From an uncultured virus (IMG/VR IMGVR_UViG_3300031134_000596) (taxonomy: Duplodnaviria > Heunggongvirae > Uroviricota > Caudoviricetes): 64,000 nt of DNA. The notes beneath the pieces are model-generated. The model did no database searches, had not been told where the DNA came from, and saw nothing but the letters and a program-made list of their open reading frames with translations. The position numbers and the translations under genes were made by a program. The DNA lies in IMG/VR virus record IMGVR_UViG_3300031134_000596; one strand, given 5' to 3'. Positions 10,055-19,474 of the stretch are shown here, piece by piece (position 1 is the stretch's first letter; every line of letters begins with the position of its first letter).

Positions 10055-10840
10055 ATGATCCCTAAGTTCCATATAGAAAGAGCTAAGTCGCGTTATGCGA
10101 TTCTCATCTATTTGACCGAACAGCAAATGGCTCCTTCTAATATTGAGAATGGCAATCAGATTTTCTGCGAGCAAATCTACCGAGCAACTCAAGAATTTTT
10201 CCCAGCTTCTGATTATGCCGCTGACCATATAGTATCGATGATACGTTCTTTACTTTTTCCATCTAAACGTTGGCTATGGAAATCAGTAGAACAAGGCAAT
10301 AACGTCCGCTCTTACTCTTGGGGTAGTGACTCCCAGATTACTGTCACCATTAAGTTAGACAGAGAAACTCGCACTTTGCGATACCAGTATGTAAGCACTC
10401 CTTCAGCTGACTACAATTACGGTTCGGGCGGTCCAGTGGAAAATGAGAGTTTGAAAAACCTTACAAACGTTTTGACTGAACAAGATCAGCAAAAAACATT
10501 AGCACCTCAGATAGGTCAGAACATTTTAGTTACATTACATGGTTTGCAAAGACACATTGACAAGTTGAGGTCAAAGAAACTCTCTGTTGAGCAGCAGTTT
10601 GATTTAGAAAGACTGGCAGATGCTTGCAGAACTGTTGACAGGCTTTTGATCGAACTGAGCCAGAATGATAGTTCTGAGGATGTTCAGCAAGAAACCGTCT
10701 TAACGGCTGAGAAGTCCCTGGCTCAGATAGGCTCTTCAGTGTCTTCTTTAGAGAAGGAACTATCTGAGGATGTCCTCCGTGAGATGAAGGTTCTGCAAAT
10801 CTATTTGAACATGAGAAAAAATTCACTCGAAATTGAGTAA
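10055..10840 (+). CDS. hypothetical protein with C-terminal helical domain
   Basis: C-term KLRSKKLSVEQ...DVLREMKVLQIYL. Confidence 0.7.
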   Translation: MIPKFHIERAKSRYAILIYLTEQQMAPSNIENGNQIFCEQIYRATQEFFPASDYAADHIVSMIRSLLFPSKRWLWKSVEQGNNVRSYSWGSDSQITVTIKLDRETRTLRYQYVSTPSADYNYGSGGPVENESLKNLTNVLTEQDQQKTLAPQIGQNILVTLHGLQRHIDKLRSKKLSVEQQFDLERLADACRTVDRLLIELSQNDSSEDVQQETVLTAEKSLAQIGSSVSSLEKELSEDVLREMKVLQIYLNMRKNSLEIE

Positions 10841-10852
10841 GTCGAAACAAAC

Positions 10853-10892
10853 ACTGAAGGGTCCCGCCTTAGTTTTAGGCGGGACCCTTCAG
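10853..10892. terminator. intrinsic terminator
   Basis: GC-rich inverted repeat between convergent genes. Confidence 0.75.
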
Positions 10893-10911
10893 TTGACTAT
10901 CGAGTAGAGGT

Positions 10912-11379
10912 TCAATAAACATCCTCTTCGTACCCTCGGTTCCTGTTGTTGATTTCAGGAGCATGTTTTTCAGACTTGCTCAAAATTGTCTGCATTGCAA
11001 TGTAGTACGCGGCGATTACAGCAAGAATGACAATTACAACACCAATGAAGTTCAAACCAGTGAATAAGCGAATGATGCTGAAGTACAAGCCGAAACCAGT
11101 CAGAACAAGACCTGCAACCGTCATACCTGAAACTGGAGCTTTCTTAGCAGACCCAACAGGCTTTGTGGTTGTCTTTGCACTCTTATGCAGGTAGAAGTTT
11201 ACTACTCCTGTCAGAAGCCCAAGGAACGGAGCGATAAACGCCAGCACAAGTGTAACCGCACCCGCGATGAGAGCTCCTTTAGGGGAGGACCATGCTCCGA
11301 GGAACCTGAAGAACTTTGTTTTAGCAAGTTTCTCTGTTGAAGAATCTCCATTGAGATTGGATGGGTTTTCAGAAGTCAT
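10912..11379 (-). CDS. membrane protein
   Basis: 3-4 hydrophobic segments; AAGGAA SD. Confidence 0.75.
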   Translation of the reverse strand: MTSENPSNLNGDSSTEKLAKTKFFRFLGAWSSPKGALIAGAVTLVLAFIAPFLGLLTGVVNFYLHKSAKTTTKPVGSAKKAPVSGMTVAGLVLTGFGLYFSIIRLFTGLNFIGVVIVILAVIAAYYIAMQTILSKSEKHAPEINNRNRGYEEDVY

Positions 11380-11499
11380 AGCTGTTCCTTAGTTTTTGTG
11401 TTCAGGTTTTGGATGTCTATATTTTAGTGTATCTGAGTATATCGATTTTTTGCACAAATAAGGGGAGAACAGCTGCAACAACTGTTCTCCCCTTATTTG

Positions 11500-11823
11500 T
11501 TACTTGCTCAGCTTCCTAAGAATGCTGGTGTTCAGCTCATCCCAGGGGGTTTCCCCTGTTCCCAGGTTTGCCTTCATGATGATGTCAGCACCGGTGGTTG
11601 CTGTCAAAGAATGAGTGTAAGCAATTTCACGTAACTGCCTCTTGAGCTTGTTACGAGTGACAGCGTTACCTGTCTTCTTTGTGATGATGAAACCGTAACG
11701 TGTTACGTCATCGTCACGCTTGCGGATAAAAATGGTTACGGCAGGAGTGTGTACACGCTTGCCCTTACGCATGGTGAGCGTGAAATCCTGCGGAGCCGTG
11801 ATTCGGTTCTTCTTGGGTAACAT
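11500..11823 (-). CDS. rnpA: ribonuclease P protein component
   Basis: MLPKKNRI..DF, RYGFIITKKTGNAVTRNKLKRQLRE (RNR-motif region); AAGGAGGT SD. Confidence 0.92.
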   Translation of the reverse strand: MLPKKNRITAPQDFTLTMRKGKRVHTPAVTIFIRKRDDDVTRYGFIITKKTGNAVTRNKLKRQLREIAYTHSLTATTGADIIMKANLGTGETPWDELNTSILRKLSK

Positions 11824-11939
11824 CGTGTTACACCTCCTTCGTAGATTTGACTGTAACAGACGATTATCTCTTTGTCAACCATTGCCTCTTCTATGCAAGA
11901 CATGGTATGATTGAAGAAGTAAATCGCAGGAGAAAACTT

Positions 11940-12233
11940 ATGACGCAAGAAAATATCACTACTGAAGCTTTAACTGTTGCCGGCTACCCTCTCGCAGAAG
12001 AGATGGTGAATCTGGTAAACACTGACATGCTTCAGTTCTGGGATGAACACGAGCCAGTTGAATACCTTTGGACGGAGAAACGTAAAGTTGTTTCTTTGAT
12101 TGATGAACAGGGTAAAGACTTCATCTTCAAACGTGAAGATGGCGGACAGCTTGGTGTTTGGAAAGAGTACTTCCTGGACCCAGAGCAATGGAAAAAGAAT
12201 CGTGTACTGAAGATGCAAGGTATCACGTACTAA
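11940..12233 (+). CDS. hypothetical protein
   Basis: AGGAG SD before MTQENI. Confidence 0.65.
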   Translation: MTQENITTEALTVAGYPLAEEMVNLVNTDMLQFWDEHEPVEYLWTEKRKVVSLIDEQGKDFIFKREDGGQLGVWKEYFLDPEQWKKNRVLKMQGITY

Positions 12234-12411
12234 ACGTAATTCTGTTAATGCAGAAATGAACGCCTACTTACCATGGCGTTCATTTCTGCATTTTGCTATT
12301 CTGATATATTGAATGTACATTTACACATTACACATTTACACATCGGATGTAATGAAATGTTTATTATATAGGTAAAGCCCAACCGAATCTGGTTGGGCTT
12401 TACCTATGGCA

Positions 12412-12912
12412 TTACCACTCTTTCTTGGGTCCATGCAGTTTCAGCTCAATGGCTGCGAAAGTAGGAGCAAGCTTCTCGTTAGCCTCAGCTACCAGCTGCG
12501 ACTTAGCCTGAGTGTAGAAGCTGAAGTGTTCGTTTGTCATGTCTTTCGACCAGAGCGTATCTTCATGAGAAGGGTAGCCTGCCTCAGCAAGTAGTACGTT
12601 CAGCTTCTCGAAGATGCCCTTGAACGCCTCCACATGAAGGTTGTACCGCTCAGCGATAATGTCCAAAGGCTCATCAGAGTAGCCCCGGCTTTCAGCCCAG
12701 TCATGAAGTTCGCTGCTGCCGCGTTCGATTTTGTAGAAAGCATCCTCCGCAGGGGTACCCTTCCAAGAATCAGACACTCCGAAAGGCTGCGAGAACTTCG
12801 TCGGAATGCGGATAACCCAGGTCTCGTCGTAGTCAAGCTCAACAATGGCGTCAGGATGCACATTTTTGGCGTAGGCCAGCATCTGCTGGTGGCTCTTGGG
12901 TGAAGTGTCCAT
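12412..12912 (-). CDS. hypothetical protein
   Basis: open frame with phage-like composition, followed by hairpin 12371-12405. Confidence 0.65.
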   Translation of the reverse strand: MDTSPKSHQQMLAYAKNVHPDAIVELDYDETWVIRIPTKFSQPFGVSDSWKGTPAEDAFYKIERGSSELHDWAESRGYSDEPLDIIAERYNLHVEAFKGIFEKLNVLLAEAGYPSHEDTLWSKDMTNEHFSFYTQAKSQLVAEANEKLAPTFAAIELKLHGPKKEW

Positions 12913-13081
12913 TATCTTGTCTTTCATAGGCGAATATATGTTTACCACCATACACCATGATTCAAAATAAGTCTACCCTCCCTCGAACAGGGGTCATGAC
13001 CCGAATTGACAGTATGAGTGTTATATTGTAATATAAAAGGTGTTGAAGCACAGTGCTTCCAAGAACCACCACTGGAGAACC

Positions 13082-13438
13082 ATGTCCCCCGAAACGAAGA
13101 CCTCAGCAGAAGAAGCTTACTGGGCTGCCGCTTCTGAAGCTTTCAAAGCAACTGAGAAATTCGGGAAGAAGCTACGTAAAGACGCTCTTTCTATCTCACC
13201 TCGAAAATTCGACACCGAAATCCATTCACTTCAGAAATTCCGTGAGCAGTCTGAAGCTTTTTCTGACCAGCTGGCTGAAGAAATTTCTACGCTCAGCGAG
13301 CAGCTTTCAGTTGAAGAACTTTCCTCCAAAGTGCAGCTGTTTTTCACAGTTCAGAAGCTCAGTGACAATGTGGATATGGTAGCAGCTTCCACTGCAAACA
13401 CTCGTGACCGTATTCAGCTTATCAAAGCTATGTACTAA
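13082..13438 (+). CDS. hypothetical helical protein
   Basis: GGAG SD before MSPETK. Confidence 0.65.
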   Translation: MSPETKTSAEEAYWAAASEAFKATEKFGKKLRKDALSISPRKFDTEIHSLQKFREQSEAFSDQLAEEISTLSEQLSVEELSSKVQLFFTVQKLSDNVDMVAASTANTRDRIQLIKAMY

Positions 13439-13496
13439 TACAGTCTATTCATTTGACGGCTGACCTGTGGTAGACTGAGAAACGGAAAGGGTTACT

Positions 13497-14786
13497 ATGA
13501 GGAAAGATGATATTGTCACAGGACTATTCTTAGGTGACGAAGGAAAAGGGACCGCTGTCGACTACCTTGCACACCTGAACCGACCAGTTTCTGTTGTTCG
13601 AACAGGTGGCCCGCAAGCTGCTCACAATGTTGTTAACCCTGACGGGACTCACCACACCTTTGCCCAGTTCGGCTCTGCTTCATTGCAGGAAGTTCCCACT
13701 ATCCTGTCCAAGTACATGCTTGTCAATCCTTTCAACCTGGTCACAGAAGGCGACCTTTTGTATTCGAAAACTGGAGGATGGAATCCTTTCAGTGACCTTC
13801 TCATCAGCGATAACTCTCTCCTCATCACGCCCCTCCATATTTTCCTGAACAAGAAAAGAGAAGATGCCCGAGGTAGCACTGCTCATGGTTCCACAGGTGA
13901 AGGCATCGGAGAAACACGGCTGTTCCACATTCGCCATCCTGAGTATGCCCCAGTCATGGGTGATTTGCAGCTTGGGAACTTGGACCGCCTGAAAACAAAG
14001 CTGCAGGTTTTGTACGAATACGTTGAAGAGGAATGTTCCAGCATCTGGGACGAAGGAACTGTCGACTCGCTTCATCAGGAATACGTGAACTTAGCGACAG
14101 ATGAATTTCTCAACATCGTAGATGACGAGAAAATATCTGAACGCATCCGAGAGGGTTATACTATCTTCGAATGCTCACAAGGCGTTCTCCTGGACGAATC
14201 CTTAGGTTTCCACCCACATACCACCTGGACTGGTTCAACGTCTCAGAACGCCCAGCAGCTGCTATCAGACGCGAATAAGCCTGCCGGTACAGTCGTTGGA
14301 GTAACAAGGACGTACGCCACAAGACATGGTAATGGTCCTTTGCCCTCTGAACTCCCTAACACGGATGCAAACATTTCCAGAATGCCTGAAGACCACAACG
14401 CGTACGGTCATTACCAAGGAGGTTGGCGTCGAGGACACCTTGACCTGCCCTTGCTTGAGTATGCAGTTCGCGCTAACAAAAAAGTAGACTTACTGTTCCT
14501 CACTCATTGTGATTTGGTCACTAAGGACTTCCAAGTAGTGACTAACTACAAGGACTGGAAAGACATTCCTTCAACGTTTTACGACCGTGATAGAGTCAAA
14601 CAAGAAGAGGTCACCTCCCATCTCATGGCTTTGTCCTTAGATGATGCCGAATTGACACAAGTTGAGTCTTTGGAAGAGTTGGAAGAACTTCTCGAACAGA
14701 AACTTGAAGTCCCAGTTGGTTACCGTTCGTTCGGTAAAACTTACGATGATAAGACTGTTGTTCAGGTAGGTTTTCAGCCTTCTTGA
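13497..14786 (+). CDS. purA: divergent adenylosuccinate synthetase-like protein
   Basis: GLFLGDEGKG, GGPQAAHNV, HGSTGEGIGET, FECSQGVLLD, TRTYATRHGNGPLPSE, RRGHLDL. Confidence 0.8.
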   Translation: MRKDDIVTGLFLGDEGKGTAVDYLAHLNRPVSVVRTGGPQAAHNVVNPDGTHHTFAQFGSASLQEVPTILSKYMLVNPFNLVTEGDLLYSKTGGWNPFSDLLISDNSLLITPLHIFLNKKREDARGSTAHGSTGEGIGETRLFHIRHPEYAPVMGDLQLGNLDRLKTKLQVLYEYVEEECSSIWDEGTVDSLHQEYVNLATDEFLNIVDDEKISERIREGYTIFECSQGVLLDESLGFHPHTTWTGSTSQNAQQLLSDANKPAGTVVGVTRTYATRHGNGPLPSELPNTDANISRMPEDHNAYGHYQGGWRRGHLDLPLLEYAVRANKKVDLLFLTHCDLVTKDFQVVTNYKDWKDIPSTFYDRDRVKQEEVTSHLMALSLDDAELTQVESLEELEELLEQKLEVPVGYRSFGKTYDDKTVVQVGFQPS

Positions 14787-14796
14787 GTTCCTGATT

Positions 14797-14833
14797 CAAG
14801 TAACGCCCCTCTAAGTTAGAGGGGCGTTACTTG
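14797..14833 (+). terminator. intrinsic terminator
   Basis: 18-bp perfect inverted repeat. Confidence 0.75.
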
Positions 14834-14850
14834 TTGTTAGAAATACTGTT

Positions 14851-15759
14851 ATGACAAGAATGAGATATCCAAGAGTTGCTGTAGGTAACGGCAGCTACTG
14901 TTACGCAGGACCTAATTGTAAGCTGCATGGTAAGGCTGCTAATATAAAAGCCGAATCATCTGATCTATCTACTGAAAGTTCACCAGTACAAGCAGATGAA
15001 TGGTCACGTCAAGATTTTGCTTCGAAGCTGGAAACCTGCAACAAAGCCTATGACAAAGCAGTCAAAGCTTCCAAGTTTGTGGAAAATCTTTCCGATTTGA
15101 AAGGTAACGCCCTTATGAAGGGGTACCTTGCAAGAGAATCAGACGACGGCACTGGCTACCATGTGTACAAAGCTGACGCTTCTTTGTTGGCGACTGGAAC
15201 AAAAGTTCTGTACCAGGAAATTGCGTCTGCCGCAGCTGACGGCGTGTTGGCTCCTAAGAAAGCTAACGACCTCAGGAAAGAGCTGTCTGAGTATTCCAAT
15301 CAAGTGTTAAGACCCCAAGCTTTTGAGGATAAAAAGCTGATGGAGAAACTCCAGAGTCGTTACATCAAAGAAGGTGCCAACCAAGGAGCGATTCATAACC
15401 GCCAGCAACAGCTTGCCTCTGCTCGTATTCGTCAAGGATTGCCTGCAGTCTTAGATAAAGACACAGTTACTCCAGCTTTGTACCCAGTGACTGAGCTCAG
15501 CAACAAACAATTATTGGAATACTACCAGTGTGGTAGGAAGAAATCTTTCAACTCTGAACAAGAAGCCCAGTATTCCATCTCAGTTGTCGGTGACCCTTCT
15601 TTGCAGTCATACAAATGCTCTCATTGCGACAAAACACATACTGGTCATGGCGGCGGCCAGAACTCTGAAGAAGAACAACTGCTCAGTGCTGCACGGCATT
15701 GGGAGAAGTTCCCCGAAAAGTCCAACCTGTTCGCTTTTGCTAAAGGTCTCATCAATTAG
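14851..15759 (+). CDS. Cys-tag protein with C-terminal Zn-binding domain (paralog 1)
   Basis: N-term YCYAGPNCKLHG; C-term CGRKKSF..YKCSHCDKTHTGHG..NLFAFAKG. Confidence 0.8.
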   Translation: MTRMRYPRVAVGNGSYCYAGPNCKLHGKAANIKAESSDLSTESSPVQADEWSRQDFASKLETCNKAYDKAVKASKFVENLSDLKGNALMKGYLARESDDGTGYHVYKADASLLATGTKVLYQEIASAAADGVLAPKKANDLRKELSEYSNQVLRPQAFEDKKLMEKLQSRYIKEGANQGAIHNRQQQLASARIRQGLPAVLDKDTVTPALYPVTELSNKQLLEYYQCGRKKSFNSEQEAQYSISVVGDPSLQSYKCSHCDKTHTGHGGGQNSEEEQLLSAARHWEKFPEKSNLFAFAKGLIN

Positions 15760-15778
15760 GAACTGTTAGAAATAGTTC

Positions 15779-16633
15779 ATGACAAGAACTCGCTATCCAC
15801 GTGTACCAGTAGGTAATGATAGCTACTGCTATGCAGGACCTACGTGCAAAATCCATTCTGCTTCCTCCGCTGGCTACCATATCCGGAAAATGGATGAAGC
15901 TAACGCAGAAAGTGTCAAAACTTTTCAGCGTTTGGTCAAAGAAGAAGGGCAGTTTGTTCCTGCTTTAGAAGACTTAGGTGATGAAGCTCTTTTGCGTGGA
16001 AGAGCTGCCTACTATTCAGAAAAAGATAAAGGCTTCTACGTATACAACTCATCCGACATCAATGTTGCTGTTGTAGAGATAGTCAAAAAGCCGTTGAAAG
16101 ATTTCAACCAAGCTGTAGTAGATGGTGTTTTCCCTAAAGACCAGGCTCAGGATACAAGGAACAAGCTTCTCGCAATCTCAAAAATTCCTGGTTACAAAAG
16201 TCTACAAACTGAAAACCGAAAGACATTGACTGACTTCCAAAACGGTTTCGATGCTTCTGAAGCTGCCATTGAGAAAAGAAACAAACAACGAGAATTAGCT
16301 CGTAGTCTTTCTATCATACAGCCAAAAGTAGTTTATGACAGACCCGTTATGGTTCCTGAGAGTAAAATCGATGATGCAACCATGTTGGAATACTGGAGAT
16401 GTGGTCGCAAAACAAAATTTGAGGATGCTACTGCTGGTACTAAAATGATTCAAGAACTCAACGAGACTGAAACTATGAGTACTTACATGTGTGACTACTG
16501 TCCTAAAGTTCACATTGGTCATGGTTTTGGTAAAGGTCCTGAAGATGAAGCTTTAGTCAAAGCTCGTGCTCATTGGACAGAGAATGCAGAAAAAGCCAAC
16601 CTTTTCGCTTTCGCTAAAGGTTGGCTTAACTAA
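15779..16633 (+). CDS. Cys-tag protein with C-terminal Zn-binding domain (paralog 2)
   Basis: N-term YCYAGPTCKIHS; C-term CGRKTKF..YMCDYCPKVHIGHG..NLFAFAKG. Confidence 0.8.
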   Translation: MTRTRYPRVPVGNDSYCYAGPTCKIHSASSAGYHIRKMDEANAESVKTFQRLVKEEGQFVPALEDLGDEALLRGRAAYYSEKDKGFYVYNSSDINVAVVEIVKKPLKDFNQAVVDGVFPKDQAQDTRNKLLAISKIPGYKSLQTENRKTLTDFQNGFDASEAAIEKRNKQRELARSLSIIQPKVVYDRPVMVPESKIDDATMLEYWRCGRKTKFEDATAGTKMIQELNETETMSTYMCDYCPKVHIGHGFGKGPEDEALVKARAHWTENAEKANLFAFAKGWLN

Positions 16634-16642
16634 TTTCTGCAG

Positions 16643-17020
16643 TTAGAGGATGGACTGTCTAATCTGTCCGCTGTTAGCTTCCTGAACTTGGTCATTCAGA
16701 GTGACTGCTTCGTAAATCCAGTAGACGAACAAAGCCAGACCAATGATTCCACCAATGAAGATGGCTGACGTGATTGCTGCGATGGCCCATGCGGCAAGAA
16801 TGAAGAGACCGCGTTTCATGTTCCCGATGTAATACTGGTGAACACCGAAGATTCCCAAGAAGAACCACAGAACATAAGCTAAGACAACATTCTTAGGAGC
16901 TGCTGGTACTGGATGGGAAACTAAGTTCTTCTCCCAGGTGAGACCGAAGATGTTGAAACCTTTCTTTGGCTCTTGAGAGTTTGATGCTTGTTGGTACCCA
17001 TATGGGCTTTGGTCTGACAT
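16643..17020 (-). CDS. TM2 domain membrane protein
   Basis: KNVVLAYVLWFFLGIFGVHQYYIG signature. Confidence 0.85.
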   Translation of the reverse strand: MSDQSPYGYQQASNSQEPKKGFNIFGLTWEKNLVSHPVPAAPKNVVLAYVLWFFLGIFGVHQYYIGNMKRGLFILAAWAIAAITSAIFIGGIIGLALFVYWIYEAVTLNDQVQEANSGQIRQSIL

Positions 17021-17097
17021 GAGGTTCCTTCCTACTCAGGTACAAAAGTTATCGACTGTTTCAGGGTTTACAGAGAAAACATTCAGTTTATGTTCAA

Positions 17098-17427
17098 TCA
17101 GTGGAAAGAATCTCCACAAGCACAGCTGCCGGCAGCGTTAGGGTTGTCAATAGTGAACCCTTGTTTTTCGATGGTATCCTGGAAATCCACAACCGCTCCT
17201 TCAAGATAAGGGCTGCTCATTTTGTCTACAATGACTTCAAGTTCACCAAAGTTTTGGATGAAGTCGCCGTCATGTTCTCTTTCGTCAAAGAACAATGCAT
17301 AAATAAGCCCAGAACACCCTCCAGGACTAACTTGGACTCTGAGCCTCATGTCTTCACGATTCTGGTCGGAAAGAAGTTGCCAAGCTTTATTTGAGGCCTG
17401 CTCTGTAAGATTGATGGGGAATGACAT
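17098..17427 (-). CDS. iscA: A-type Fe-S cluster carrier, IscA/HesB family
   Basis: GGCSGL, VDKMSSPYLEGA, DNPNAAGSCACGDSF. Confidence 0.92.
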   Translation of the reverse strand: MSFPINLTEQASNKAWQLLSDQNREDMRLRVQVSPGGCSGLIYALFFDEREHDGDFIQNFGELEVIVDKMSSPYLEGAVVDFQDTIEKQGFTIDNPNAAGSCACGDSFH

Positions 17428-17461
17428 TGATTTTCCTTTCAGTACCTGTTATTATCAGTAC

Positions 17462-18007
17462 ATGTCTTCTATTTCTAAGGATACCGGAGTGTATCAGTCT
17501 TACTCATTTAGCATTTCTCCTCGGGTTAAGCGTAAGCAGTATGTCGTGGCGGAGAGCTACACCATCCCAGCTGAATCGACTGACCTGGTAGAGAAGTACA
17601 ACCTGGAGCGAGACCTTACTTCGATGACGAAGTTGTTCCTTTCCATCGACCACATCATGAGCGGCTTGGATGAGAAGGACGAAGATTATGTGGGTCTTTA
17701 CTACATCATCAAAATCATTCTCATCCAGCGTAGCGGTTCCGTGTTCCGTGAGGTCTTGGAGAATGTTCCTGTCGACCTTATCTCTGACCGACTGTGGTAT
17801 GCGTTCAACATGTTTGGGGACTGGCGTTCCTCCACTGGTCCGAGCTTTGCCTACATGCCTAAGCCTGCACTCAAGCGTTTCCTGAAGGCTCATGGCGAGG
17901 AGCGAATGCGAACCATGCATTGGGATGAGGTTAGACCTTACCTGCTGATGCGTGGAGATAACATGTCGAAGAAGAGCAAGTTCTACAAGGCTCTTGACTT
18001 GGCGTAA
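17462..18007 (+). CDS. hypothetical protein
   Basis: leaderless TATTAT-N6-ATG; strongly biased codon usage. Confidence 0.7.
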   Translation: MSSISKDTGVYQSYSFSISPRVKRKQYVVAESYTIPAESTDLVEKYNLERDLTSMTKLFLSIDHIMSGLDEKDEDYVGLYYIIKIILIQRSGSVFREVLENVPVDLISDRLWYAFNMFGDWRSSTGPSFAYMPKPALKRFLKAHGEERMRTMHWDEVRPYLLMRGDNMSKKSKFYKALDLA

Positions 18008-18079
18008 CACTTAGGTAAACAAATAGCTTCCAACTTTTCAATTATGAGGTTGGAAGCTATTTGTTGTTAGACTCTGCGT

Positions 18080-18451
18080 ATGAAGAAAATCCTTATTATC
18101 AGTGCTGCTGGTCTTGTTGTCGTAGGTATTATCGTTGCGATTTTTGTGATGTTCAAAATAGAGCATGACAAGATTATGGCAGAAGGCGTTGACACCCAGA
18201 GTGTCTCTGCTGTAGTCGAATCCAGGAGAGAATCACACAGTACAGGCACAGGTAACACTCGTCGTACCACATACGATACCGTCTACTATGTTGAGTATTC
18301 CTATGAAGCTAACGGTAGAGGATACGAAATTTCTAGCCAGAAATTCCAGACAAAAAGTTCAGCTGAAGCTCGTAAAGCTGAAGGTGCAGTGACCATCCGC
18401 TATCTGGAAGAGAACCCTGATAGAGCTATCCTTTTTGACGCCAAGAAGTAA
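18080..18451 (+). CDS. DUF3592-like membrane-anchored protein
   Basis: N-term TM, YYVEYSY, VTIRYLEENP. Confidence 0.7.
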   Translation: MKKILIISAAGLVVVGIIVAIFVMFKIEHDKIMAEGVDTQSVSAVVESRRESHSTGTGNTRRTTYDTVYYVEYSYEANGRGYEISSQKFQTKSSAEARKAEGAVTIRYLEENPDRAILFDAKK

Positions 18452-18502
18452 GACAGTTAGTAAAACGAAGAAGCCCCTCAAGTTCTGAGGGGCTTCTTCG
18501 TT

Positions 18503-19402
18503 TTACTTCCAACTCCAAGTGCGGGACGGGCGTCCACGACTGGTTGAGTATGAAGTAGTCGACACATCATTTTGGGTGATGTAGTCGGAGGAACGGCTCA
18601 CAGAGACTGCTGAGGCGGACCTGATAGCGGGTACTGTACCATAGTTGGGAGTCTCTTCAACTGCAGTGTCAACCCAACCAGTGCTTTTCAGCTGACGAGT
18701 CAGGTTTGAAGGGTCGTACGAATGGTCAGTGTCAGAATCGATGTTGCTCATCTGAGTAAGAATGCCTCGAACAACTTTGGTGGTGAACACATCACCCAGG
18801 ACGGACTTTGTGAACGTCTTAGATGACAGGAACTTCTCACCGAACATGGTCACAGCTGCACGAACAATTGTGTTGTGGTCAAAAGGCAGTTTCACTTCAT
18901 CTGACGCAATGAGGTGAATAGGAATACGTCGAACTTTCTGGCCGTCTACTTCCACGTTGGGGTCGATGATGGCCAGTTTAGCAATTGCTACGGTAGCACC
19001 ACGAGGGTCACGGTCAGGGTTATCAAAAGTCCCAAGGTCAAACACTGCACGCACGGTGTGGGCAGCGATGAGAGTCTTGCTGGCAAGAGCTCGAAGAGCA
19101 GCCTCTTCAAGCTGCTCGTGCGGAGTGAGAAGCACTCCAGGAAGGGCTGGCTCGCCCAGGTAAGGCTCGTAGAGTCGTTCAGCAACGAATACTTCAAGCT
19201 GGTTTGTTCGCTCGTTCACAGCCAACGGAATGACATCAACACTGATGTTTGGGAGGTCGTACTTAGGTGCGATGAGGTCAACAGCAGCAGATGCGTAATC
19301 CTCAGGGTTGGCGGTACGCCAGTCCACACCGTCCAGGTTCTCTGACCAATGGGCGGTGAGCTTTTCTGTGAGCTGACGCTTGCGAGCGTTAATTTCAGTC
19401 AT
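18503..19402 (-). CDS. NUDIX domain transcriptional regulator, NrtR-like
   Basis: ALPGVL..EQLEEAALR, TFDNPDRDPRG, LPFDH..IV, C-term RGRPSRTW. Confidence 0.8.
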   Translation of the reverse strand: MTEINARKRQLTEKLTAHWSENLDGVDWRTANPEDYASAAVDLIAPKYDLPNISVDVIPLAVNERTNQLEVFVAERLYEPYLGEPALPGVLLTPHEQLEEAALRALASKTLIAAHTVRAVFDLGTFDNPDRDPRGATVAIAKLAIIDPNVEVDGQKVRRIPIHLIASDEVKLPFDHNTIVRAAVTMFGEKFLSSKTFTKSVLGDVFTTKVVRGILTQMSNIDSDTDHSYDPSNLTRQLKSTGWVDTAVEETPNYGTVPAIRSASAVSVSRSSDYITQNDVSTTSYSTSRGRPSRTWSWK

Positions 19403-19474
19403 AATGGAATCCTAACATGCTTTATCATGCAATCATACCACAATTATCGTCACTTTGAAGTAAATACAGTGATG

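Noticed and set aside
13497..14786. PurZ (2-aminoadenine, Z-genome) synthetase
   Set aside because: The P-loop keeps Asp (GDEGKG) where PurZ has Ser, and no dATPase/DatZ or polymerase neighbours are present.
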